Shown here: in pieces, positions 1 to 9,330 of the stretch
Numbering within the stretch: position 1 is the first letter of the stretch
Layout: every line of letters begins with the position of its first letter
Source of the DNA: a virus
Direction: 5' to 3' (one strand)
Length of the DNA: 64,000 bases
IMG/VR virus record: IMGVR_UViG_3300031994_000034
Notes under the pieces: model-generated
Told to the model about the DNA's origin: nothing
The model's database searches: none
Seen by the model: the letters and a program-made list of their open reading frames with translations, nothing else
Made by a program: the position numbers and the translations under genes

Positions 1-59
1 TTCCAGTACCTTCATAGTTCGTCTTGTCTGTCTTCTATGCTGCAAGATTCTTGCAGCCA

Positions 60-654
60 TCAGTTAAACCAATGCACCTCCGGCGCACCCTGCCATCCCT
101 TCTCCCACACGAACCAGGCGTAGGCTGTGGCCGAACCGCCGGTGTTCTCGAAGTCGCCGTTCATGGCGCATTTCAGCCGTGCATGACTGACCCACACCCT
201 TCGGGGGGGGGTAATTCTCAAACAGCCGTGCGCGACGCTTCCCTTCGAGGAACGTCAGTTTGAGGAACATCGCCACTTTCCTCCCCTCTGGGATGATTGC
301 CAGCGCCTTTTCCACAAACTCCTGTGCGAAGGCATAGGGCGGGTTTGTCACGATATCGCCCTCCCAATGGGTGTTGTCGGGAGAGAGGAAGTCGGCTACC
401 TCTCCAAAGCCTCGGTCGGCAAGGTCGCGACTTACCACCTCGTAGCCAGCCTCCATGAGTTGCTTGGAGATATGGCCCTCTCCGCACGACGGTTCGAGTA
501 TCGGTCCACGGAACTGTTCTATCTTGCAGAGCCAGTCCGTTGCTGCCGGTTCCGTGGCGTAGTAGTCCTTGTCTGCCCGCTCGTGATCGCAGTGGTTACT
601 CGCCCCAATGGTTTTGAAGGTCGATGCGCTGCCGCCTTTCCAGTCTCGTGCCAT
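60..654 (-). pseudogene. N6-adenine DNA methyltransferase, frame split at a C9 tract (possibly phase-variable rather than dead)
   Basis: ORF 64..654 carries motif I EPSCGEGH and motif IV TNPPY. After the homopolymer at 203-211 the tracked frame reads junk, while the neighbouring frame reads RRVWVSHARLKCAMNGDFENTGGSATAYAWFVWEKGWQGAPEVHWFN to a TGA at 60-62. Confidence 0.75.
203..211. repeat. G9/C9 homopolymer inside the methyltransferase gene
   Basis: Nine consecutive G counted on the + strand. Loss of one G (or gain of two) rejoins the two reading frames. Confidence 0.9.
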
Positions 655-666
655 AGGCTTTTAAAG

Positions 667-870
667 TCACATTTTAATCAATTCCTGCACATGTCTCGGT
701 ATCGGTTTCTCTCTGCCTATGTCGATAGTCACTCGGTTGCTCCACTTCTCGCAGTGCATCCGTGCGTTCACCTTCATGTCAGGCACCAGTCCGCAAATGT
801 TCACCCCTCTGCCGTCGGCATAGAGTTTTAAAATCCTCCGTGTGCAATTCATACAATTCCTTGGTGTCAT
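667..870 (-). CDS. small Cys-rich hypothetical protein
   Basis: ORF 667..909. The internal ATG at 870 follows the 9-nt repeat block. Sequence MTPRNCMNCTRR...HCEKW. Confidence 0.5.
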   Translation of the reverse strand: MTPRNCMNCTRRILKLYADGRGVNICGLVPDMKVNARMHCEKWSNRVTIDIGREKPIPRHVQELIKM

Positions 871-905
871 AGTCCTTTCTCTGATTATTCCGAGTATTCG
901 ATTAC

Positions 906-1421
906 TCACTCTTCAATGTACAAATCCTCATTCACGCACAGGTTCAGCGGCTCTTCTCTGGTGAACTGGACCATCACCCCGTACCATCCATCCTCTTTCG
1001 GGTCGGTCGATACGAAGTCAATCATCGCATTGTCCAGGTCAATCCGCGCAAAGTCGCCGTCGATATTCTCCTCCAGCTCCTTCTTGTGCTTATCGAGCAA
1101 CCAGGCGAGGAACTGCTGGCAGTGATACCACGCCTCTTCCCGCGCCTCTGCCGCTGCCTCCCCGTCCGCCATCGCCCTGGCACGGACGAAGAAATACACC
1201 GGGTACGTCCGCTCGGGTCGCGTAATCGTACCGCCACCCTCCACCACGCTCTCCATCATCACCATAGGCGAGAACTTCGGCATAATGCCCTTTGCCATCT
1301 CCACCAACCCGCCCTGCGAGTCCGTCAGGTAAAACCGCTTATTGCCGTTCTCCGGGTTGTCCAGCATCGGCTTATACGTCTTGCACCATTGGCGCACAAT
1401 ACTGTGAAATGTCATAATCAA
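906..1421 (-). CDS. hypothetical protein
   Basis: 171-aa ORF packed in the minus-strand operon. No family recognised. Confidence 0.6.
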   Translation of the reverse strand: MIMTFHSIVRQWCKTYKPMLDNPENGNKRFYLTDSQGGLVEMAKGIMPKFSPMVMMESVVEGGGTITRPERTYPVYFFVRARAMADGEAAAEAREEAWYHCQQFLAWLLDKHKKELEENIDGDFARIDLDNAMIDFVSTDPKEDGWYGVMVQFTREEPLNLCVNEDLYIEE

Positions 1422-1473
1422 TTATGAATTGTGAATTATGAACTATGAATTATGAATTGTGAATTATGAATTG
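1419..1473 (-). repeat. heptamer array (AATTCAT/AATTCAC)n, gene-sense orientation
   Basis: The + strand reads attatgaattgtgaattatgaactatgaatt... It sits between two minus-strand genes and supplies the TAA stop of ORF 1464..2678. Confidence 0.9.
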
Positions 1474-2678
1474 ATTTCCACTCCGAAGTGTGCCGCTGCT
1501 ACCACCACCTTCTCATCCTTCAGCGCAGCTTCCAGCGGTTCCAGCGTCAGGTACTCCTTCCAGTTCACCTTCCATTGCTCAATGCGTTTCTCCCTGGCCT
1601 TCCCCTCTTTTCCTCGCCGCAAGTCGATGAGCCACTTCCGCAGCTCCCGGCGTCTCGCCTTTTGCTCCGAGGTCAGTTCAGTTGGATTACTCTGACTACT
1701 CTGATTACTCTGAGTATTCCGATCACTCTGGCCACCCTCCACGACATAAGCGTTGCCGAGAGCATCGACGCCCACGCGCCCGTCGCGGACCAGCTTCTCC
1801 CACTCCGCATCCAGTTCCAGGTAAATCCCCTTCAGCGTCGCGTCAATCCTCGTCGCCTTCCGCGCCCACGCAGCCCGTGCATCCGGCTTCGCGTTCACGT
1901 CCTCCATCAGCAGGCGCATCTTCTCCCGCGCCTCGTCCAACTCCCTCAGCAGTCCTCTGACAGCCCCTGCCCGCTCCTGCGTCCCCTTCGGCAGCAAGTA
2001 TGCGTACTGGTCAATGTGCTTTGGACGGGCAGGAATAAGCGTGCCCTGCGGTTTCCCAGTAGGGAGGGGAGCAGATACCGCTGCTGGTAGTGTGCCCTGC
2101 GATTCTGTCGCAGGGTTCCCTTGCGTCTTTCCTTGCGCCTGCAGTGCGCCCGTCGGTTTTCCCGTAGGGAGGGGAGTATTCGCCTTTGCCTGCAGTGCGC
2201 CCGTCGGTTCTTGCTTAGGCAAGCGTCCCTTTGGGCCGAGTACCGTCGCAGCCCTCTCGGTTTTCTGATTACTCTGATTATTCCGAGTATTCGGCCCGAC
2301 CTTCCCCGCTGCGCCAGCACCATTGTGAATTGTGAATTGTAAATTGTGAATTGCCGAAAGCTCTTCCGTGAGCTTTCGGACCGCTCTCCATGCACTCTTT
2401 ACCCACAACCGGCTCGGCAGCCACGTCTCCGTCACTGCCATCAATGCCGTCATCAGCACCGCCCCCTCGTGCGCCGCCTCGCAGTCCTCTTTCTCCCACC
2501 TTCCGCTCATCGTCATCAGATTCTGCGCCCGAGCCATCGGCCTATCCGTCAGCGCAAGCAGCCGCTCCCCAGCCGTGCGCAACCACTCCCCCACCCTCTT
2601 GCGGTACGCCTTGCGCTCCTGCGCCGTCATATCCCCGTAGGGTTTCAGGTATTCACCCGTCGTTATCTTCTTAATCAT
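1464..2678 (-). CDS. hypothetical protein with a long low-complexity linker built from repeat cassettes
   Basis: 404-aa ORF. The internal linker contains heptamer-derived IHNLQFTIHN, 9-mer-derived NTRNNQSNQ and QSDRNTQSNQSSQSNP, and PTGKPQGT-type units. Confidence 0.6.
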   Translation of the reverse strand: MIKKITTGEYLKPYGDMTAQERKAYRKRVGEWLRTAGERLLALTDRPMARAQNLMTMSGRWEKEDCEAAHEGAVLMTALMAVTETWLPSRLWVKSAWRAVRKLTEELSAIHNLQFTIHNGAGAAGKVGPNTRNNQSNQKTERAATVLGPKGRLPKQEPTGALQAKANTPLPTGKPTGALQAQGKTQGNPATESQGTLPAAVSAPLPTGKPQGTLIPARPKHIDQYAYLLPKGTQERAGAVRGLLRELDEAREKMRLLMEDVNAKPDARAAWARKATRIDATLKGIYLELDAEWEKLVRDGRVGVDALGNAYVVEGGQSDRNTQSNQSSQSNPTELTSEQKARRRELRKWLIDLRRGKEGKAREKRIEQWKVNWKEYLTLEPLEAALKDEKVVVAAAHFGVEINS

Positions 2679-2747
2679 AAAGCCTTCAGTGTTTAGATGT
2701 TCCCTTGTTCCGTATGCTGCGATACTATCGCAGCCCTGCGAAATCCC

Positions 2748-3071
2748 TCACGCTCGGCAATCGGTATTTTCACTTTTCACTTGCGCAGCGTCCCGGTACA
2801 TCTTCGCCAATTCGTCCGGCAGCAGGTCTCTCTTTAGCATCTCCTTGGCCTGTCCTCCCAGCACGCTGTTGAGCAACTGCCACAGCAGCAGATGGTCTTC
2901 GTCGGTCATACGCTCCGGGGCCTGCGGTTTGTCGTTGATTTTGCACGTCAGGCTCATTTTGTTGCTCTTCCCGAAATACGTCATGCTGAACTGCAGTCTT
3001 ACCCGCTCCAGCTTCTTTTGAAATTTCTCCCTGTCAATCTGTTTCATAATCGTAAATTTTATTTTTTTCAT
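2748..3071 (-). CDS. hypothetical protein
   Basis: ORF 2748..3188. The ATG at 3071 (MKKIKFTIMKQ...) lies 6 nt after the stop of the upstream gene. Confidence 0.55.
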   Translation of the reverse strand: MKKIKFTIMKQIDREKFQKKLERVRLQFSMTYFGKSNKMSLTCKINDKPQAPERMTDEDHLLLWQLLNSVLGGQAKEMLKRDLLPDELAKMYRDAAQVKSENTDCRA

Positions 3072-3076
3072 TTTAC

Positions 3077-3478
3077 TCAGAAGCTCTTTGCTTCCTGTGT
3101 CACCTTCTCCAACTCCCTCTTCTTCTCCATGATTGGCCCAAGGTCCACACGCGGCGCACCCTGGCACCACGCCCGGAAGTTCGGACAACCGCCCGACGAC
3201 CCGAACACCTCCATGTAATCACAGGTGTAGTCGTACCACCGCATCAGTTCCTCCTCCGGCAGGTCGTCCGTCAGGTCCTCAATCATCGTCTGCATCCCGA
3301 AGGCATAGTCCCCGAACATACACGTGTCGCAGAACTCATCCACGAAATACGTGTCCCGGTCATCATACCTCGGCAGCTCATGCTTCTCCGCGAACAGATT
3401 CACAATCTCCACCGCCGCTGCCCGCAGGCCCTTAATTGCCTTCAGCGCCAATTCATGTTTCTTTTCCTTCTCAGTCAT
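3077..3478 (-). CDS. hypothetical protein
   Basis: 133-aa ORF with an acidic Cys-containing sequence. No family recognised. Confidence 0.6.
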   Translation of the reverse strand: MTEKEKKHELALKAIKGLRAAAVEIVNLFAEKHELPRYDDRDTYFVDEFCDTCMFGDYAFGMQTMIEDLTDDLPEEELMRWYDYTCDYMEVFGSSGGCPNFRAWCQGAPRVDLGPIMEKKRELEKVTQEAKSF

Positions 3479-3494
3479 AGCCCTTTCAATTATT

Positions 3495-3920
3495 CTATTC
3501 AGAGAATTTGTTGGGATTTGCCTGCATATCCCAAAGCAACTCCACCAGCGGCGTCGGCTTGTAGTTCCACTTGCCGTCTTCGTACAGTTGCACGTCAGTC
3601 ATCTTGTCGGCGTCCTTGTTGAGAATAACATGGCCAAGCATCTTTTTACTCTCCTCCCGGATGATGCGCGCCACATCCTGCTTGCTGATGTAGCAGTATT
3701 CGCGAGCTTCGCATCCGCGCATCAGGCCCACAAGATTCTCAACCATGTGCTTGCCAGGAAGTGTCTGGTCGGGCGTTGGTGTCCACTCCCAGAGCAGACG
3801 GAAAAGGGTCAGTACCTCCTCATCGGTGGCGTCATTCTGTGTTGGCTTGGCAATCTGCCTTTGCAGTTGCTGCATGTGGCGCACCAGTCGCACCAAAGCC
3901 TTTGTTTCTTCTTTTCTCAT
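3495..3920 (-). CDS. hypothetical protein
   Basis: ORF 3495..4028. The ATG at 3920 lies just downstream of a GTGAAAA heptamer block. An alternative GTG at 4028 overlaps the mazG stop. Confidence 0.5.
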   Translation of the reverse strand: MRKEETKALVRLVRHMQQLQRQIAKPTQNDATDEEVLTLFRLLWEWTPTPDQTLPGKHMVENLVGLMRGCEAREYCYISKQDVARIIREESKKMLGHVILNKDADKMTDVQLYEDGKWNYKPTPLVELLWDMQANPNKFSE

Positions 3921-4024
3921 ACTTTTCACTTTTAACTTTTCACTTTTCGCTCGGCTATGCCGCTTGGCTCGTCCAAATAATCGCTTCAGCGCTTGCGTAG
4001 AAAATCGGAGCAAGAACTCTCCAC

Positions 4025-4387
4025 TCACCTTTCGTCCCCGCTCCCGTCAATCACTCCCCTCTTCTTCCTGTCTGCCAACTTCGCCAGGTTCTCCTCCGCC
4101 ACATCCTCCAGCGACCAGCCCATCACGCGGCACAGTCCACTGAGCTGCCACAGCACATCACCCGCCTCGCGCCGCAGCTCCGCGATTTCCTCGTCCGTCA
4201 TCACATGACGGCTCTCCGTCAGCAGGCTGTTACGGTCAATCGACGCCTCCTCGTGTCTGATACTCTTCGCCACCTTTCCCGCAAACTCGCCCACCTCGCC
4301 CACGAGGTTCAGCATCATGTAAGAGAAGTTCCGGCACGACGGCATACACGTTCCCATCGCCCGCTGTTGATACTCGTTCAGTTCCAT
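4025..4387 (-). CDS. mazG: MazG-like nucleoside triphosphate pyrophosphohydrolase
   Basis: MELNEYQQRA...LVGEVGEFAGKV...EAGDVLWQL...ENLAKLADRKKRGVIDGSGDER matches the MazG/NTP-PPase pattern. ATG at 4387. Confidence 0.8.
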   Translation of the reverse strand: MELNEYQQRAMGTCMPSCRNFSYMMLNLVGEVGEFAGKVAKSIRHEEASIDRNSLLTESRHVMTDEEIAELRREAGDVLWQLSGLCRVMGWSLEDVAEENLAKLADRKKRGVIDGSGDER

Positions 4388-4604
4388 ATTTTTGTTTTTT
4401 CGTGTAATATACATATACCGTATTTCAAGGTCAAGGGCAAACAAACCGAGAGGAAAGAACCACGGCAAAGTTTAGTGACAACTAAACAACAATGCAGCCC
4501 GCGAACAACTATGATGCTCGCATGACATACCCCTCATTTTATGTTTTACAACATATTTTGCTTAAATATTCATTTAATTATTTGCTCAAATGATTAAATA
4601 AGCA

Positions 4605-4612
4605 TACCTTTG
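4605..4612 (+). promoter_or_regulatory. Bacteroidota-type -7 box TACCTTTG
   Basis: Exact TACCTTTG followed by CACCAGCTACAAC, upstream of parA. Confidence 0.55.
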
Positions 4613-4798
4613 CACCAGCTACAACATTCTGACAGCCGAGAGCATATACGGACGTGTCCGGCAACCGCATGGCGGCGGCCCCAAGTTTACTTGACGTGGG
4701 CGCAGCACGGCGGGGCATCAGGCAGAGCCTGTTATGCCGAGGCCAAAGAAATGTCGAACTGAGCGAAACGATGTTCAACATTTTATACGTATATTATT

Positions 4799-5635
4799 AT
4801 GGCAAAAAAACAACGAACACACCAGCTACGTCACATCGTAGCCGTGTCAAACAACAAAGGCGGAGCCGGCAAGACCAGCACCGTCCTGAACCTCGCATCG
4901 GCCATCAGCCGGCGCATCGAAGGTTACAGAGTCCTCGTCATCGACTGTGACCCGCAGCGCAACCTCTCCTACTTCCTCGGTTGGGACGACCGACGCGAAC
5001 TGGATGGCTCCCCCACCCTCTACACCGCCCTGTGCAACGAACAGCAGGGGCTTCCAGTCTATCGTGCCGACAACGGCCTGTACTACACTCCGGCCTCCGT
5101 CAACCTGAACGGTATCGACGCCATTCTTTCCCTGCGTCCCAATCCCAGCAAAGCACTGAAGGAAATCCTTTCAAGACCCATCGACAACCGTACCGATGGT
5201 ACTGTGCTCAGCGATTCTGTCGCTGAGAGTTTCGACTTCATCTTCATCGACACCCAGCCCGCCATGTCGCGCATGACCTATAACGCCCTCTACGCTGCAG
5301 ACGGCTACATCATCCCCACAGAACTGGAAGAGGCCAGCGTCAAGGGTATGGCCAACATCGCCGTAGCCGCAGGTAAGGTGGGAGCCGACACGGGCAACCT
5401 CACCATCCACGGTATCCTTATTACCAAACTCGACGCCAAGCTGCGCTCCGCCAAACTCTATGAGCCGCAAATCCGCCAGTCGTTCCGCGAAACCTTCCAG
5501 ACGGCCATCCGCCGCTCCAAGGACATCATCGAGAGTCAAGCCCTCCGCGAGGACGTGTTCACCACCTACTCCGGCGGTCGTGCTGCAGAAGACTATACCG
5601 CCCTCGCCACCGAGTATCTGAGAAAGTTCGCTTAA
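4799..5635 (+). CDS. parA: ParA/Soj-family partition ATPase
   Basis: Deviant Walker A box VSNNKGGAGKTS, then DCDPQ and the downstream ParA-like layout. Confidence 0.9.
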   Translation: MAKKQRTHQLRHIVAVSNNKGGAGKTSTVLNLASAISRRIEGYRVLVIDCDPQRNLSYFLGWDDRRELDGSPTLYTALCNEQQGLPVYRADNGLYYTPASVNLNGIDAILSLRPNPSKALKEILSRPIDNRTDGTVLSDSVAESFDFIFIDTQPAMSRMTYNALYAADGYIIPTELEEASVKGMANIAVAAGKVGADTGNLTIHGILITKLDAKLRSAKLYEPQIRQSFRETFQTAIRRSKDIIESQALREDVFTTYSGGRAAEDYTALATEYLRKFA

Positions 5636-5639
5636 ATAA

Positions 5640-6019
5640 TCATTCAAGCATTTACTTATTTAATCACACACTTATTTAATTATTTATGTATTCACTTAGA
5701 TGCTCGTTCACTTATTTGCTCAACTACTCAAACAAGCAGATGTCTGTTTAATCATATAAGCAAAACCATATTTAATTAGTTAAGCAAAATAGCATATAAT
5801 CATATAAGCAGATAAGCAGATAAAGAAATACTCGTAAGGCAGATATGCAAATAAGTAGGTAAGTATATGAGCGGACAATCATATAAGCAGATAAGTATAT
5901 GAGTGGTTAATTACATAAGCAAACAAGTATCTAAGCAAAAAAGAAGATGGCCAAGTTATTAAAAAGAGTACGCGCAAAGAAATCATTTAAGTATCTAATC
6001 ATTTAATCAGATAAGTATT
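5640..6019. repeat. AT-rich centromere-like repeat field (candidate parS)
   Basis: CTTATTT copies in the first half. ATAAGCA/ATAAGTA and AATCATATAAGCA (three copies) in the second half. Related motifs flank the module at about 4565-4605 and 6538-6560. Confidence 0.45.
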
Positions 6020-6541
6020 ATGGTAAAGAAAGACAAATTCAAGCAGATGCAGCAGGGTGGGGGAGTGACAGGCTCCTTCGTCGAGTCCCTGGTGCAGGCC
6101 GCCACCACCACAGCGGCCATTCAGCAAAAGGCCGAACAAGAAGCCGCCGCACAGCAGGGGGCCGGGCATCAGATAACCACGAACAATCCGTCAGGCGAAT
6201 CCGATGCCTCCCCGTCTGAGGTCCCCGTCGAGGGGCGGACCACCCTTACCGTCACGCCCGTGGCCGCCCGACAGCCCGGCGGCGAATGGCAATCCATAGA
6301 GCAGCCCAAATTCATGCGCCTGCCTAATCCGCAAATCCCACTCAACGAGTACAATCTGGTTAGCCACTATTGCTCCAGCCTCCCCAATATGACCCGCCAG
6401 GACTTCGTGGAACTTGCCATCGTCGAAAAACTCCACGCCCTCGGGCGACTCTCCGACGAGGAGTTCACCGCTCGACAAACGGAAATACGCAACCGCCCAC
6501 CACGCGGCCAACGGAAAGGAACTAAGCAAACAAGCAGGTAA
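6020..6541 (+). CDS. hypothetical protein, candidate ParA partner by position
   Basis: 173-aa ORF immediately after the repeat field. The C-terminal segment reads MTRQDFVELAIVEKLHALGRLSDEEF. No ParB motif recognised. Confidence 0.55.
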   Translation: MVKKDKFKQMQQGGGVTGSFVESLVQAATTTAAIQQKAEQEAAAQQGAGHQITTNNPSGESDASPSEVPVEGRTTLTVTPVAARQPGGEWQSIEQPKFMRLPNPQIPLNEYNLVSHYCSSLPNMTRQDFVELAIVEKLHALGRLSDEEFTARQTEIRNRPPRGQRKGTKQTSR

Positions 6542-6580
6542 GCATTTAAGTATCTAATTAAAAACCAGCCTCACAAAATC

Positions 6581-7051
6581 ATGCAACAATTCAGCCACGA
6601 CTACACCAAGGTCAGCGAGGCTATGGAAAGCCTCTATTCTGCCACGCGGCTCATCGCCAACGAATGTTACGATGCAGCCCTTGAACGTATTAACGAAGCC
6701 CGCACCATCCTCAGCGAGTACCTCGCCCAGGACAACATGATTCCCGACAACGACGTTGCCGACGGTTGGGTACGCCACAGCGAAGCCCAGGCCGAACTCG
6801 AGGATCTGCGCAGCAGGGTAGGGGACACCCATCGCAGTGCGCCCGACGGTTCGCGGCCCTCAGTAGAAATGGACAGAAAAGAACAAATCATCAAAGAACA
6901 GATTGACGAAGCATGCGTCATGCTTGATATTCTAACAGAATCGATTAAGAAAAAAGCCACCATAGAACCGAACGAAAAAGCCAGCATTAGAGAACTATAT
7001 TACAAGTGCTGGGGTTATATGACACTGGTTGATTCGTCCGATAAATATTAA
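6581..7051 (+). CDS. hypothetical protein
   Basis: 156-aa ORF on the same strand. No family recognised. Confidence 0.55.
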   Translation: MQQFSHDYTKVSEAMESLYSATRLIANECYDAALERINEARTILSEYLAQDNMIPDNDVADGWVRHSEAQAELEDLRSRVGDTHRSAPDGSRPSVEMDRKEQIIKEQIDEACVMLDILTESIKKKATIEPNEKASIRELYYKCWGYMTLVDSSDKY

Positions 7052-7057
7052 ATCGCT

Positions 7058-7228
7058 ATGACACGCACACTATTTCAAGCGCAAGACATTGCATGCACGA
7101 CCGACTGCGCACGATATCGGGAGGGCAATTGCCCGTTTTTTTGGTCAGACAAGGTAAACTGCCCGCGTATTCGTTTCTACATGCACGGGTACGACGTAAG
7201 CGACAGTGACGAGGACTTAACAGATTAG
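7058..7228 (+). CDS. small Cys-rich protein, paralogue 1
   Basis: Hand-translated 56 aa: MTRTLFQAQDIACTTDCARYREGNCPFFWSDKVNCPRIRFY... Below the ORF-track length cutoff. Confidence 0.45.
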   Translation: MTRTLFQAQDIACTTDCARYREGNCPFFWSDKVNCPRIRFYMHGYDVSDSDEDLTD

Positions 7229-7233
7229 ACGAC

Positions 7234-7368
7234 ATGGACAAGGACTTAATAGAAGCCGTGCAGCGGGCGTGTACGACAGACTGCCTCCAGTACCGCCACA
7301 ATACGTGCCCGTATCGTTGGACTGCAAAAATGAAGTGTCCGAACGTAAAGCGGTACCTTGACAAATGA
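7234..7368 (+). CDS. small Cys-rich protein, paralogue 2
   Basis: Hand-translated 44 aa: MDKDLIEAVQRACTTDCLQYRHNTCPYRWTAKMKCPNVKRY... Shares the ACTTDC..YR...CP....K..CP..(K/R)RY pattern with 7058..7228. Confidence 0.45.
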   Translation: MDKDLIEAVQRACTTDCLQYRHNTCPYRWTAKMKCPNVKRYLDK

Positions 7369-7429
7369 TAACCAACTGCGACTCAAAGAAATCATCGACA
7401 AATTCAGTAACCATTAAAACCAAAGAATT

Positions 7430-8389
7430 ATGAAACTGAACATCATCCAACTCGCAAAAGTAGCAAAATGCACCGCCCTGTTATTGTTGGCAGGTGCCGT
7501 ATGGTCCTGCAGCAGCAAGGACGAGGTGGAGGAAATGCTCTCCACAGAGACTACACCCGTCACCTTCCAGGTGGACGCACAGACGACCCCCATCTTCTTC
7601 GACTTCACCGAAGGCTGGCGCTACATCGGCTCCGACACGGTGAAAAGCGCCAGTTACAAGGCATCTGCCATAACACTCGATCTCCGTCAAGGCAAGCACA
7701 ATATTGTTGCCGTGAAAGGCATCGAAACAAGCAACGACGTTCAAAAAACGGGTGTCCACTTTGACCCGAGCAATCGCACATTCTATCTGCAATCCGAGTA
7801 CGATGCACACGGGCTCGAAGCTGAGACTGCAATGCTTGGTGTTCCCTCCGCCGATGTCTGTTATTGGCGCCGTCAGCTCGAAGTGTCGCCATATCTTCTG
7901 CCCGAACAGAAGCCGGAGTACACGCCTGTCACAGCTAAGCTTTACATCGGTCCTCAATCAGTAGTGCCTGCCGAAATACAAAAGGATATGCGTGTCGTCG
8001 GTACTTACATAAAGACAGAAGTCAAAGAAGTGCCCGTCGTCGAGCAAGTGGGCCTGGATAACAATAGCTATAAACTGCGCAAAACTCCGCATGAGATTTA
8101 CGCTGTATTGAGCGGAACGGAGAGCAGCGGCTTATCGTACTCTACCAATTGTCCGTACATCACACTTTGTCCGGAAGGAGGATTGCATGACATCAGCCTC
8201 ACGATCCGCGTGTCGGCAGAGGTAACGATGAGCGACGGCTTTTTCCAACACCCTTACCGTCGGGACTACACGGTGCGTCTTCCAAAATTCTCGCTGCAGC
8301 GCGGTTATGTAACACGCTTGAGGGGCGCAACACTCTACTCTGAAAAACCAGAAGACTGGACCGTAGAGATGGCGCCTTACGAACAGTGA
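7430..8389 (+). CDS. lipoprotein
   Basis: N-terminal signal sequence ending in the lipobox-like AGAVWSC. 319 aa. Confidence 0.7.
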   Translation: MKLNIIQLAKVAKCTALLLLAGAVWSCSSKDEVEEMLSTETTPVTFQVDAQTTPIFFDFTEGWRYIGSDTVKSASYKASAITLDLRQGKHNIVAVKGIETSNDVQKTGVHFDPSNRTFYLQSEYDAHGLEAETAMLGVPSADVCYWRRQLEVSPYLLPEQKPEYTPVTAKLYIGPQSVVPAEIQKDMRVVGTYIKTEVKEVPVVEQVGLDNNSYKLRKTPHEIYAVLSGTESSGLSYSTNCPYITLCPEGGLHDISLTIRVSAEVTMSDGFFQHPYRRDYTVRLPKFSLQRGYVTRLRGATLYSEKPEDWTVEMAPYEQ

Positions 8390-8486
8390 AATACTCACCC
8401 TTTAACTCCACGCCGCCAGCCAGCCACCGCGCCGACTGGCGGTTTCTTTTGCCCATCATTCCGCTCATATCCTCGAAATGGCTCGC

Positions 8487-9190
8487 CTCCCGTTAGGACA
8501 AACCTCCATTCGCGTCTGCGAAACGCGCGTGCGTAACGCATCTACAATGAACTCCCGTTAGGACAAACCTTTCTTCTCCCAAGCGTAACGCGCTTAATAT
8601 CAGCCATTCATTGCAAGGTTTGTCCTAACGGGAACCCGCCGTCACACCTCTCCAGTCCGACCTTCCAATATCATCCCGCCCCGGTTCACTCAAAAAACTC
8701 CCATCAGAACAAACCTCTCCAGGTAGAAACTTATAACGTCTTAAAAATCAATAATTAAAATGAAAAAGAAAGAAAACTCCTCGATTCGAGATAAGTATTT
8801 TTTTGTATATTTAAGAATACGATATAGTATATAGACGCGGCGCAGTGGTTGTAAATCAGCTACTTGCGTCAAAAAAAGTTTGTCCTGCCTGGAACTTTTA
8901 TCCGCAAAAGTTTGTCCTGATGGGAACCGAGTTTTGCCCTGCCTGGAATCGTGCTTTGTCTCAGTGGGAGCACAGGTTTGTCCTATCTGGAGGTTTTATT
9001 CATGAGGTTTGTCCTGATGGGAGCCGGCTTTTGTCCTGTCGGGAGGTTTTGTCCCAACGGGAGCACCACCATGCGGTTTGTCCTTTTAGGAAAAGACTTT
9101 TTGTCTTTTCCGGAAATGTAGGTTTATCTTCTTCGGAAACGCACGTTTATCCTTTTCTGAAACCGAAGTTTGTCCTTTTCGGAAGCGGCA
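8487..9190. repeat. iteron array with AT-rich spacer (candidate replication origin)
   Basis: Four copies of GGTTTGTCCTnnnGGGA(G/A)C-type repeats at 8487-8716 (three inverted, one direct). AT-rich block at 8720-8830. Thirteen direct copies at 8877-9185 spaced about 22-23 bp. Confidence 0.75.
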
Positions 9191-9291
9191 AAACATAACT
9201 CTTTGACCAACAAATCAAACGAATTTGAATAAAAAAGTGCTTAAAAATATAATTTTCTCCCTTTTCGTTTGGAGGTTTATTTATTTATTTA

Positions 9292-9299
9292 TACCTTTG
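9292..9299 (+). promoter_or_regulatory. -7 box TACCTTTG
   Basis: Exact TACCTTTG followed by CCCGCAGCTACAAC, 32 nt upstream of the ATG at 9331. Confidence 0.55.
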
Positions 9300-9330
9300 C
9301 CCGCAGCTACAACTCATTTTTATACTCATC

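Noticed and set aside
7056-7364. 102-aa minus-strand ORF
   Set aside because: The sequence is Arg/Cys-rich and junk-like. The same DNA encodes two paralogous + strand mini-ORFs with a shared Cys motif and proper ATG and stop codons.
8845-9198. 117-aa + strand ORF, and a possible CRISPR-like look to the regularly spaced repeats
   Set aside because: The ORF is simply a read-through of the 22-bp iterons. The repeats are contiguous with no unique spacers, degenerate progressively and sit upstream of a Rep-like gene. That makes this an origin, not a CRISPR array or a gene.
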